Assembly: GCA_965116475.1 (NCBI GenBank)
Contig: OZ220691.1
Location: 2,368,001-2,432,000, forward strand
Source: Gemmatimonadota bacterium
GTDB lineage: Bacteria > Gemmatimonadota > Gemmatimonadetes > Palauibacterales > Palauibacteraceae
Direction of reading: 5' to 3'
DNA length: 64,000 bases
Of this stretch, positions 18,718-27,858 are shown piece by piece (within the stretch, counting starts at the first letter, position 1; every line of letters begins with the position of its first letter). Under the pieces are notes generated by a model. That model did not search any database and was not told the origin of the DNA. It saw nothing but the letters and a program-made list of their open reading frames with translations. A program made the translations under genes and the position numbers.

Positions 18718-18738
18718 GATATAAGTATATCGTACTCA
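18709..18738 (-). promoter_or_regulatory. vapBC -10 box TATACT 6 nt before ATG, flanked by TGAGTACG direct repeats (putative operator)
   Basis: Plus strand cgtactca at 18709-18716 and 18731-18738; agtata at 18724-18729. Confidence 0.55.
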
Positions 18739-18837
18739 CGCCTTGTCACGCCACACGAAGAGACGCCGGAGCGTGGCGGCGATGGCGGGACCTCCACAAC
18801 TTCGAGGAGGACCGCAACTTCACCTGGCAGGAGGGCT

Positions 18838-20127
18838 ATGCGCATCTCGCGTTGCAGATCTGCGGCATCGGCGGTCGCGGTCGCTCTCGTTTTGCTCGCC
18901 GGCGCGGTCGACGGGCAGGACCGGCCGCTCTCGGCCGACTTCCCCGAGGTGTATCGTGTCGGGGGCTTTGACGCGCCCGAATGGGCGGAGTTCGCCGGCG
19001 CGCCGATGGTGGCATTCGACGCGGCGGGCCGCCTGTACGTCCAGGAGAGTTCCGCCATGTCCGCCGTCCTGGGCGGTTCCGCCGGGCCCGTGGTCGTAAT
19101 CGATCCGAGCGGAAGCCTGATCCGGACCATCGGACGGCAGGGGGAAGGACCCGGCGAGTTCGACGAGCCCCGCGGGCTCGCGGTCTGGCGGGACGGTCGG
19201 CTGGCCGTCGCGGATGCCGGCCACAACGCCTACCAGTTGTTCACTCCCGATGGCGAGTTCGAGCGGCTCATCCGCATGCGGGGCGGATCCGACGGGTTCA
19301 GCGGTTTAGTGAACGCGCCTTCCCGTCTGCGGCCCGATCCCGCGGGGCTGGCTCTCGTCGCACAGGGCGTCTCGTCGGGGCAAAGCGCGTTCGCGAGTGC
19401 CGTCGGCAGAATGTTCGGGGCGGAAGGGGCGGAGGAGGGCCGGGTGGACGACCGGGGGCTCGAACGCCTCCGGCTCGATGGCGAAGGCGTGGTCGCCGAG
19501 ACGATCCTCGAAGGATGGCGTCCCGCCGCTGACGACGACGGGCAGGAGTCGCCCCTCGATCTCTCGGACCCCTCGTCGATCATAGGCACCATCATGGGAG
19601 GCGAGAGGTGGTTCGAACCCGAGTTGCTGTGGGATATTCTGCCTGACGGCGGGATCGTCTACTCGGACTCCACCGCCTACAGGATCCGGGTGATGGATCC
19701 CGCGGGGCGCGTGATACGGACCCTGACCCGCCCCTTTGCCCCGAAGCCCGTCACGCGCGGGGTCCGCTCCGCCATGCGCGACCGCTCGCTGGCGAGGCTC
19801 TCCGGGGGGGACGGAGGCGACATGCAGGCGGCGCTCCGCGAACAGATCGGGAACCGCGGGTTCATGGACGAGATTCCCGTGCTTTCGGTGCTGCGGACGA
19901 CGTGGGACGGCGCGCTGTGGATTCAGCGGCGCGGCGAGGAGCCGTGGGACGAGGACGGCCCGATCGACGTGATGCGCGCGGATGGTGGGTATGTCGGCTC
20001 GTTCGCCGCCGGAGCGACGGACATGCCGGGCGCCTTCGGACCGGACGGCCTCGTCGCCTTCGTCGAACGCGACGAACTCGACATCCCGAGCATCGTGGTC
20101 CGGAGGATCCCTGCCGAGGTTCGCTGA
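18838..20127 (+). CDS. Secreted 6-bladed beta-propeller (NHL-like) protein
   Basis: Signal peptide; IGRQGEGPGEF..PRGLAV..DGRLAVAD NHL repeat; DELDIPSIVV C-terminus. Confidence 0.75.
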   Translation: MRISRCRSAASAVAVALVLLAGAVDGQDRPLSADFPEVYRVGGFDAPEWAEFAGAPMVAFDAAGRLYVQESSAMSAVLGGSAGPVVVIDPSGSLIRTIGRQGEGPGEFDEPRGLAVWRDGRLAVADAGHNAYQLFTPDGEFERLIRMRGGSDGFSGLVNAPSRLRPDPAGLALVAQGVSSGQSAFASAVGRMFGAEGAEEGRVDDRGLERLRLDGEGVVAETILEGWRPAADDDGQESPLDLSDPSSIIGTIMGGERWFEPELLWDILPDGGIVYSDSTAYRIRVMDPAGRVIRTLTRPFAPKPVTRGVRSAMRDRSLARLSGGDGGDMQAALREQIGNRGFMDEIPVLSVLRTTWDGALWIQRRGEEPWDEDGPIDVMRADGGYVGSFAAGATDMPGAFGPDGLVAFVERDELDIPSIVVRRIPAEVR

Positions 20128-20180
20128 CCGCTCTCCGCGCCGACGCCGGGTCTTGCGACGGGCTGCCTACGACGGGCTGC

Positions 20181-21179
20181 TTACGAGAAGGCGGCGTCGA
20201 AGGCGGCGGCGGAGGGGGGGAAGGTCAGGGCGCGGAGCCGCTCGCAGGCTTCCTGTGCCCCGTGCTCGCGGTCCATGCCGCTGTCCTCCCACTCGATCGA
20301 GAGGGGGCCGTTGTAGCCGACCCGGTCGAGGGCGCGCAGGACCTCCTCGAAGTCGATGCGACCGCGCCCGATGGAACGGAAGTCCCAGCCCCGGTCGGCG
20401 TGCCCGAAGTCGAGGTGGCCGCCGAAGACGCCGGAGCGGCGCGGGGTGTCGGACCACCACACGTCCTTCATGTGCGCGTGGTGAATGCGGTCGCCGAATT
20501 CGAGGATGAAGCCGACGTAGTCCACGCCCTGGTAGGCGAGGTGGCTGGGGTCGTAGTTGAAGCCGAACGCGGCGTGCCCCGCCACGGCCTCCACCGCCCG
20601 CGCCGCGCTGGCGGCGTCAAAGGCGATCTCCGTCGGATGTACCTCGAGGGCGAACTTCACGCCGGCCGCGTCGAAGGCGTCGAGGATCGGGGTCCAGCGG
20701 TCGGCGAAGTCGGTGAAGCCGGCCTCCACGAAGCGCGGCGGGTGCGGGGGGAAGGCGTATGCGGCGGCCCAGATCGAGCTGCCGGTGAAGCCGTTCACGA
20801 CCGGGACGCCGAGCGCAGCCGCCGCGGCAGCCGACCGGCTCATTTCGGCCGCGGCCCGCCGCCGCACGGCCTCGGGGTCGCCGTCGCCCCACACGCGCTC
20901 CGGCAGGATGAGCTGGTGGCGGGCGTCGATCGGATCGCACACGGCCTGGCCGACGAGGTGGTTGGAGATCGCGTGCACTTCCAGGCCGTGGGCCGCCAGC
21001 AGGTCGCGCCGCCCGGCCGCGTAGCCGTCCTCCTCCGTCGCCCGCACGACGTCGAAGTGGTCCCCCCAGCAGGCCAGCTCGAGCCCGTCGTAGCCCCACG
21101 CCGCCGCCTTCCCGGCGAGCGTCGCCAGCGGCATGTCCGCCCACTGACCGGTGAACAGCGTGATCGGTCGTGCACTCAT
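20181..21179 (-). CDS. Sugar phosphate isomerase/epimerase (xylose-isomerase-like TIM barrel)
   Basis: [43 protein letters not shown]. Confidence 0.85.
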   Translation of the reverse strand: MSARPITLFTGQWADMPLATLAGKAAAWGYDGLELACWGDHFDVVRATEEDGYAAGRRDLLAAHGLEVHAISNHLVGQAVCDPIDARHQLILPERVWGDGDPEAVRRRAAAEMSRSAAAAAALGVPVVNGFTGSSIWAAAYAFPPHPPRFVEAGFTDFADRWTPILDAFDAAGVKFALEVHPTEIAFDAASAARAVEAVAGHAAFGFNYDPSHLAYQGVDYVGFILEFGDRIHHAHMKDVWWSDTPRRSGVFGGHLDFGHADRGWDFRSIGRGRIDFEEVLRALDRVGYNGPLSIEWEDSGMDREHGAQEACERLRALTFPPSAAAFDAAFS

Positions 21180-22384
21180 CGCGTCGACTCCTCGCGCTCG
21201 TCAGGCTCGTCAGGCGGCTCTCCCGGCGGTTCGTAGCGCGCGTCCACCCACGCGCCGCGCCGCCCGCTCTCCACCGCCCGCTCAAGGAAATGAACCCCGC
21301 GCGCCCCGTCCCACACGGTGGGGAAGTCGAGCTTCGCCCCGTCCGGCGTCCGCCCCTCGTCGAGCGCGCCGATGGTCGAGATCACGTTTCTGTACAGGTT
21401 CCCGAACCCCTCGATGAACCCCTCTGGATGTCCCGGCGGGACCCGCGAGGCCCGGGCAGCCTCGGGCGAGATCCAGCCGTGACCCCGGCGCCGCGCCCGG
21501 GCCTGCCCGTCCGGCGTCCGGTGCCACAGCGTCTCCGCGTCGTCGTGCCGCCAGGCGATCGAGCCCTCGCTCCCGAACACGCGGATCGCGAGCCCGTTCT
21601 CCTCGCCCGCCGCCACCTGCGACACCGTGAGCGTCCCCCGCGCGCCACCGTTCCAGCGCATGAGCAGGCTCGCGTCGTCCTCGAGGCGCCGGCCCGGCAC
21701 GAACGTCGTCAGCTCGCCGCACAGCGCCTCGACCTCCAGCCCGGTCACGTAGCGGGCCAGGTGGTGCGCGTGCGTCCCGATGTCCCCCAGCGCGCCGGCC
21801 ACGCCCGCCCGCGTCGGGTCGGTGCGCCACGCCGCCTGCGGGTGCCCCGTCTCCTCCAGCGGCGTCGCCAGCCACCCCTGGAAGTACTCGAGTTGAATGC
21901 GGCGGATCTCCCCGAGCGTCCCGCCGCGCACGAGGTGGCGTGCATCCTTGATCATCGGATAGCCACCGTAGTTGTGCGTGAGGGCGAAGACGCGATCCGC
22001 GGCCGCTACGAGCCGGCACAGCGCTTCCGCGTCCCCGAGGTCCGTGGTCAACGGCTTGTCGCACACCACGTGGAAGCCCGCCTCGAGGAAGGTCCGCGCC
22101 ACGTCGAAGTGTAGGTGGTTGGGCGTGACGACGATCACGAAGTCCAGCCGGTCGTCCCCGGCGCGCGCCGCCTCGGCCTCCGCCATCTCCGCGTAGCTGC
22201 CGTACACGCGGTCCGGGTCCAGACCGATCTCGGCCCCCTTCGCCGCCGACCGCTCCGCGTCCGACGAGAAGGCGCCGGCCGCGATCCGCGCGAGACCGTC
22301 CAGTTCCGCGGCCATCCGGTGCACGTCTCCGATGAAGGCGCCGGGTCCGCCCCCCACCATCCCGTAGCTGAGGCGTCGCCTCAT
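21176..22384 (-). CDS. Gfo/Idh/MocA family oxidoreductase
   Basis: [39 protein letters not shown]. Confidence 0.9.
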   Translation of the reverse strand: MRRRLSYGMVGGGPGAFIGDVHRMAAELDGLARIAAGAFSSDAERSAAKGAEIGLDPDRVYGSYAEMAEAEAARAGDDRLDFVIVVTPNHLHFDVARTFLEAGFHVVCDKPLTTDLGDAEALCRLVAAADRVFALTHNYGGYPMIKDARHLVRGGTLGEIRRIQLEYFQGWLATPLEETGHPQAAWRTDPTRAGVAGALGDIGTHAHHLARYVTGLEVEALCGELTTFVPGRRLEDDASLLMRWNGGARGTLTVSQVAAGEENGLAIRVFGSEGSIAWRHDDAETLWHRTPDGQARARRRGHGWISPEAARASRVPPGHPEGFIEGFGNLYRNVISTIGALDEGRTPDGAKLDFPTVWDGARGVHFLERAVESGRRGAWVDARYEPPGEPPDEPDEREESTR

Positions 22385-23859
22385 CCGGCGCCCGACTCCG
22401 TCCCGATCCGCACGGCGCGGTATCCGCCCGCCCGCCGGTCGCGCGCATAGAGCAATCCGAAGATGAGGATGAGCGCGCCCGTGAACGGAAGGATGTACCG
22501 GAACGAGACCCGTCCCCCGTAGTTGTCCGTCGGCGCGAGGATGGCGTAGGCTCGCTCCGCCAGCGCCTCATCCCCCCCGGAGTTGATGATCGCCCGCAGC
22601 GCGTTCGCCGTGACCGACTCCGGCAGCGCGCCGTCCGGCCCCACGCCGGCGAGCGCCTCGCCCACCGCCTCGTCCGCCGCCGCCAGGTCCGGCGCCGTCA
22701 CCGGGTCGGCGCCGCCGAATGCCCCGGTCGCGTCCGTCAGGAGCGCCGTCGTCTCGACCGTCGGAAGCCGCTCGTGGCCCACTTCATCCGCGATCCTTCC
22801 CATCCACGGCGTCGTCCACAGCCCGACGACCGCCATCCCCGTCGCCCCCATCATCCCCAGTCCAAGCGCCCCGGAACGCGGTACGCGCTCCGACACGAAA
22901 CCGAGCATCGTCGGCCAGAAGTAGCACACGCCGACCGCGAACACGGTGGCCGAGGCGAACGCCATCCCCGTCGTCTCCGCGTAGCTGAGCCACAGCAGCC
23001 CCACGACGGAGATTGCCGCGCTCGCGGACAGCACTCCGGTCGGCGAGAGCCGCTCGACCGCGAACCCCGCCTTGTACCGCAGGATCGCCATCAGCCCGTT
23101 GATCCACGCCAGCACGAGGATCCCGGGAATCCCGCCCGCCTCCAGCACCGCGGGCACCCAGCGGTTCGGCCCCAGTTCCGTCGAGGCCGTGATCGCCATG
23201 CACAGGAGCATCAGGATCATGAGCGGCGTCGCGAACGTGGCCTTGAACATCTCCCCCATGCTCACGCCGGCGCGCACGCCCTCCGTCGGCGGGAACTCCT
23301 CCCGCCACATCAGGTGACCGTAGATGAGGGTGGGGATGAGGATGAGCCCGATCTTCAGTTGCCACGCGGTGAGTCCCGCCCAGTCGAGGCCGAAGGCGAG
23401 CACGGAGCCGATCACGATCCCGCCCGGGAACCAGACGTGGAACTGGTTCAACTTGACCGTCTTTTCCTCCGGATAGAGCGCCGCCACCAGCGGGTTGCAG
23501 GCGGCCTCGACCAGCCCGTTCCCCAGCGCCAGCGTCAGTGCCCCGAAGAACGCCTGCCAGAAGCCGCCGGCCGTGATGAGCACGGCAGCCCCCACCAGGT
23601 GACACGCGAACGCGAGCCGGAGCAGAAAGCGCATCCCCAGCGTGTCGCAGAACGGCGCGAAGAGGACCTGCGACACGGCGAAGCCCCAGATCCCGGCGCC
23701 CGCGATCCAGCCGATATCGGAGTTCGTCAGCGTGAATTCGCCCTTCAGCGTGAGCATAACCGCGCCGACCACCGCGAAGGTGACGGAGGTCGCGATGAGC
23801 GACACGCAACTGGCCAGGAAGAGTCGCCTCGGGCGGACGGCGGACGAGGTCGTATCCAC
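22381..23859 (-). CDS. MFS sugar transporter
   Basis: GTG 23859 after GAGGAG; about 12 TM; NGLVEAACNPLVA.LYP..K..LNQFHVWFPGG. Confidence 0.85.
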   Translation of the reverse strand: MDTTSSAVRPRRLFLASCVSLIATSVTFAVVGAVMLTLKGEFTLTNSDIGWIAGAGIWGFAVSQVLFAPFCDTLGMRFLLRLAFACHLVGAAVLITAGGFWQAFFGALTLALGNGLVEAACNPLVAALYPEEKTVKLNQFHVWFPGGIVIGSVLAFGLDWAGLTAWQLKIGLILIPTLIYGHLMWREEFPPTEGVRAGVSMGEMFKATFATPLMILMLLCMAITASTELGPNRWVPAVLEAGGIPGILVLAWINGLMAILRYKAGFAVERLSPTGVLSASAAISVVGLLWLSYAETTGMAFASATVFAVGVCYFWPTMLGFVSERVPRSGALGLGMMGATGMAVVGLWTTPWMGRIADEVGHERLPTVETTALLTDATGAFGGADPVTAPDLAAADEAVGEALAGVGPDGALPESVTANALRAIINSGGDEALAERAYAILAPTDNYGGRVSFRYILPFTGALILIFGLLYARDRRAGGYRAVRIGTESGAG

Positions 23860-24081
23860 GGAACACTCCTCGGATGGGGTCGGCGGGCACGCTAGCGCCG
23901 CTTCGTTCGCCTCCGCAACGGCGCGAGCGACCCCCGCGACCCTCCCAACCCTACCGGCCGGCGAACGCTTCGGTCTATTCTTTCCGGGCGGTCCGGGGCA
24001 GGAGCCTGCGTAGCGCATCGCCGCTCGAACGCAGCGGGGCCCTGCCGCGGGCCGCCAGGCCAGAAACCCCAGGAGGATCCC

Positions 24082-26445
24082 GTGAAACGCTTCTCGATTC
24101 GCCGCCCGTCACCCGTCGCGCTCGCCGTCCTCGCGTGCGGCGGCCTCGCATTCGCCGTGCTGCCACCGGGAGCCCTCGCCCAGTCCCGGCCCTACCAGCC
24201 GGAATCCGTGAGCGCGAGCGAGTACGCGCGCGCCGAGCAGTTCCTCCCCTGGCACGCGGAGAAGCTGACGTCGGGCGTCACGGTGAACCCCCGCTGGGTC
24301 GACGCGAACCGGTTCTGGTACCGCAACCAGGTGTTCGGCGGCCACGAGTTCATCATGATCGACGCCGCGGCCCGCACCCGCCGGCCCGCCTTCGACCACG
24401 ACCGGCTCGCCGCGGCCCTCTCCGAGGCCTCCGACGCGAGCCACGAGGCGACGCACCTTCCCTTCGACGAGTTCGAGTTCAACGCGTCCGGCGGGATCCG
24501 CTTCTGGACAGACACCCACGAGCGCTGGGACTGCGACATCGCCGCCTACCGCTGCACGGGCCCGGACTCGGTCGCGCGGGCGACGCACGAGATCGATGCC
24601 CCCGACGGCGCGCTCGCCGTCTTCTCGCGCGATGAGAACCTGTGGGTCCGCGACACGAACTCCGACGAGGAGCGCCAACTCTCGACGGACGGGGAACCGC
24701 ACTGGGGCTACGGCGTCGCACCGGAGGGCTGTTGCCAGGAGATCTCGAACCGCCGCCGGGAGTTCAAGCCGCCCCCGGTCGCCGAATGGTCCCCCGACGG
24801 CCGCCGGATCGTGACCCACCGCTACGACGAACGCGATGTCGAGGACCTTCACCTGCTCGAGGCCGCCACCGGGCGCCCGATCCTCCACAGCTACCGCTAC
24901 GCGCTCCCCGGCGATTCCATCGTCCCCACCTGGCAACTCCACATCTTCGACGCGGAGACCGGAGCCCAGGTGCGGGCCGACTACGACCCCGTCGTCGGCT
25001 ACTTCGGCGGCGCGGACACGACCTGGCACGCCGCCCAATGGACCCCGGACGGCGCCCGCGTCTACTTCTCGCACCATTCGCGCGACTTCAGGAACCAGAC
25101 GCTCGTCGAGGTCGACGCCACGACGGGCGCGACCCGCAAGGTGATCGTCGAGACCGGCGACACCTGGGTGGAGCTGAACCAGCTCCGCACGCCCTACAAC
25201 TGGCGCGTGCTCGACAACGGGAGCGAGTTCATCTGGTTCTCCGAGCGCGAGGGCTGGGGCCACCTCTACCTGCACGACCTCGCCACGGGAGAGATGAAAA
25301 ACCGGATCACGCAGGGGTCCTGGCTCGTCGTCCAGCTGCTGGCCGTCGATGAGGCCGCGCGGCAGGTCTACTTCACCGGCGTGGGCCGCGAGCCCGGCCG
25401 AGATCCATACCGGCATCACCTCTATCGGGCCTCGCTCGATGGCGGCGGGGTCACGCTCCTCTCGCCGGAGGACGCGCACCACGCGGTCTCCGCCTCACCC
25501 GACGGCCGCTACTTCGTGGACACGTACTCCACGCGTTCGACGGCCCCGGTCACCGTCCTCCGGGACAATGCCGGACGTGCCGTGATGACGGTCGAGCAGG
25601 GCGACATTTCCCCGCTCCTCGAGGCCGGCTGGGAACCCCCCGTGCGCTTCTCCGCCAAGGCGCGCGACGGCGTGACGGACGTGTACGGCTATCTCTGGCT
25701 GCCTCCGAACATGGAGGAGGGGACCGTCTATCCCGTCATCGACTACGTCTACCCCGGCCCCCAGATCGGCCCCATCCGCACGCCCGGCTTCACCTCCGGG
25801 CCGCGGGGCCAGGGCCACGCCCTTGCCCAGCTCGGTTTCATCACCTTCGCGATCGACGCCATGGGCACGCCGTACCGCTCCAAGGCCTTCCACGAGAGCT
25901 ACTACGGCGACATGCGGGACAACGGGATCCCGGATCACGTCGCGGCGCTCAAGGCGCTCGCCCTCCGCTATCCCATCGACATCGAGCGCGTGGGGATCTT
26001 CGGCCACTCCGGCGGCGGCTTCTCCTCGACCGACGCCATCCTGACCTTCCCGGACTTCTTCAAGGTCGCGGTGTCGGGGGCGGGGAATCACGATCAGCGC
26101 GGCTACCACTTCCCCTGGGGGGAGAAATACCACGGGCTGCTCGAACGGAACCCGGACGGGACCGACAGCTTCGACTCGCAGGCGAACCAGAACATCGCCT
26201 CGAACCTCAAGGGGAAGCTGCTGCTCCACTACGGGTCGCTGGATGACAACGTGCACCCGAACATGACGCTGCTCGTGGCCGACGCCCTCATCGAGGCGAA
26301 CAAGACCTTCGACATGCTCGTGTTCCCGAACCGGAACCACGGCTACGCGCGCGAGCCGTACCTGATCCGGCGCACCTGGGACTACTTCATCGAGCACCTC
26401 ATGGGCGCCGACCCGCCGGCCGACTACCGCATCGTCCAACCGTAA
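24082..26445 (+). CDS. S9 family (DPP IV-like) serine peptidase
   Basis: AGGAGG SD; signal peptide; propeller domain; GHSGGG nucleophile, DDNVH and NRNH triad motifs. Confidence 0.9.
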   Translation: MKRFSIRRPSPVALAVLACGGLAFAVLPPGALAQSRPYQPESVSASEYARAEQFLPWHAEKLTSGVTVNPRWVDANRFWYRNQVFGGHEFIMIDAAARTRRPAFDHDRLAAALSEASDASHEATHLPFDEFEFNASGGIRFWTDTHERWDCDIAAYRCTGPDSVARATHEIDAPDGALAVFSRDENLWVRDTNSDEERQLSTDGEPHWGYGVAPEGCCQEISNRRREFKPPPVAEWSPDGRRIVTHRYDERDVEDLHLLEAATGRPILHSYRYALPGDSIVPTWQLHIFDAETGAQVRADYDPVVGYFGGADTTWHAAQWTPDGARVYFSHHSRDFRNQTLVEVDATTGATRKVIVETGDTWVELNQLRTPYNWRVLDNGSEFIWFSEREGWGHLYLHDLATGEMKNRITQGSWLVVQLLAVDEAARQVYFTGVGREPGRDPYRHHLYRASLDGGGVTLLSPEDAHHAVSASPDGRYFVDTYSTRSTAPVTVLRDNAGRAVMTVEQGDISPLLEAGWEPPVRFSAKARDGVTDVYGYLWLPPNMEEGTVYPVIDYVYPGPQIGPIRTPGFTSGPRGQGHALAQLGFITFAIDAMGTPYRSKAFHESYYGDMRDNGIPDHVAALKALALRYPIDIERVGIFGHSGGGFSSTDAILTFPDFFKVAVSGAGNHDQRGYHFPWGEKYHGLLERNPDGTDSFDSQANQNIASNLKGKLLLHYGSLDDNVHPNMTLLVADALIEANKTFDMLVFPNRNHGYAREPYLIRRTWDYFIEHLMGADPPADYRIVQP

Positions 26446-26464
26446 AGGACGCGCGCCAGGCTGG

Positions 26465-27703
26465 ATGCGCATGCAGGCACGAAGCGAGCACGCCAGGAAA
26501 CGCCGGCGGGCCAGCGGGAGGGCCGTCGTTCGGTTGCTTTTCCTTGCTGTACTGCCCTTTCTCGCATCCTGCGAGGGCAGCGAGGCCGGTCCGCCCCTCG
26601 TCGTGCAGCGCGATAGCGCCGGCATCGAGATCGTCGAGGCCATGCGGCCGCTCTGGGGCGACTCGAATCTCTGGAGCATCGACCCGGATCCGCTCGTCGA
26701 CCTCACGCTCTCGGGCGATGGCCCCCGCCACGAGTTCCATGGGCTCCGCGACATGAAGCAACGCACGGACGGTTCGCTCATGGTGGCCGACGGGAGCTCG
26801 CTGGAAGTGCGGGTGTTCTCCGCGGCCGGCGAGTTCCTGGGGTCGTTCGGCGGGAGAGGCGAGGGTCCCGGCGAATTCAGGAGCCTGCGGCGGATCGAGA
26901 ACGCGGGCGACACCCTGCTGGCCCTCGACCGCGGACGCGTCACCGTGGCCGCCCACGACCTGACGGTGATCGGGACCTTCGACATCGATCCGTGGACGAT
27001 CGACCTGCACTACCTCGGCGGAGGCCGGATCCTGCCGGAAGTATCGCGGCCGGTGTTGCCGATGGATGGTCTTGCCGGATCGGTTCGGCGTCCTCAACCT
27101 CTCGCGCTACTCGATCTGGAGGGGACCCGGATCGACAGCGTCGGCGAACTGCGGGGGGCCGAGGTGTACGTACTCGTCCGCGACGGCTCGTACGTCGGGA
27201 CCGCGCCGCACTTTTTCGGCAAACAATCTCACGTTACGGCCCTGGGCCGGCACATCCTGCGGGGTTCCTCCGACACGATGCAGCTGGAGGAACTGGACCC
27301 GTCCGGAACCCTCGTGCGCATCCTGCGAATCCCCGACTATCCCCTGGACCTGAGCGACGCGCGGATCGCCGCGGAGCGGGACTTCCTGCTCGACGGATTC
27401 GCGCCCGGACACCCGTTGCGGGCGCCCTTCGAGGCCGCTCCCGCTTCGGACACCCGGCCCGCCTTCACCGACATCCTCGTGGACCCCTCGGGAGCGGTCT
27501 GGCTGGAACTTCACCGGGGAGAAACCGAGCAGGACCAACCGGAGAAGTGGCTGGTGCTGGACGCCGATGGGATGTGGCTCGGGACCGTCGAGATGCCGGA
27601 CCGCTTCCGCGCGTCGCACATCACGATGGACGCCATACTCGGCGTCCACGAGGATGCCCTCGACGTCCAGCATCCCCAGGTCCTGCGGCTGACGAGGAAC
27701 TGA
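26465..27703 (+). CDS. Lipoprotein, 6-bladed beta-propeller family
   Basis: FLASC lipobox; DSAGIEIV; FGGRGEGPGEF; DALDVQHPQV C-terminus similar to 18838-20127. Confidence 0.7.
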   Translation: MRMQARSEHARKRRRASGRAVVRLLFLAVLPFLASCEGSEAGPPLVVQRDSAGIEIVEAMRPLWGDSNLWSIDPDPLVDLTLSGDGPRHEFHGLRDMKQRTDGSLMVADGSSLEVRVFSAAGEFLGSFGGRGEGPGEFRSLRRIENAGDTLLALDRGRVTVAAHDLTVIGTFDIDPWTIDLHYLGGGRILPEVSRPVLPMDGLAGSVRRPQPLALLDLEGTRIDSVGELRGAEVYVLVRDGSYVGTAPHFFGKQSHVTALGRHILRGSSDTMQLEELDPSGTLVRILRIPDYPLDLSDARIAAERDFLLDGFAPGHPLRAPFEAAPASDTRPAFTDILVDPSGAVWLELHRGETEQDQPEKWLVLDADGMWLGTVEMPDRFRASHITMDAILGVHEDALDVQHPQVLRLTRN

Positions 27704-27708
27704 CCGGG

Positions 27709-27730
27709 GGACGTTCCCGCGGGAACGTCC
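27709..27730. repeat. Perfect 22-bp palindrome GGACGTTCCCGCGGGAACGTCC (terminator-like hairpin or operator)
   Basis: Direct inspection; begins 6 bp after the stop of the propeller gene. Confidence 0.6.
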
Positions 27731-27858
27731 TCGCACCCTCGGTGGCACACCGCTTGTCACGCGCGGTCGTTCGGACCACGTTCCACCCGACGTCCGTGGC
27801 TCGAAGGCGAGGCCGGACGCCCGGAACCCGACCGTACCTGGATGACCGGAGGATCCCG

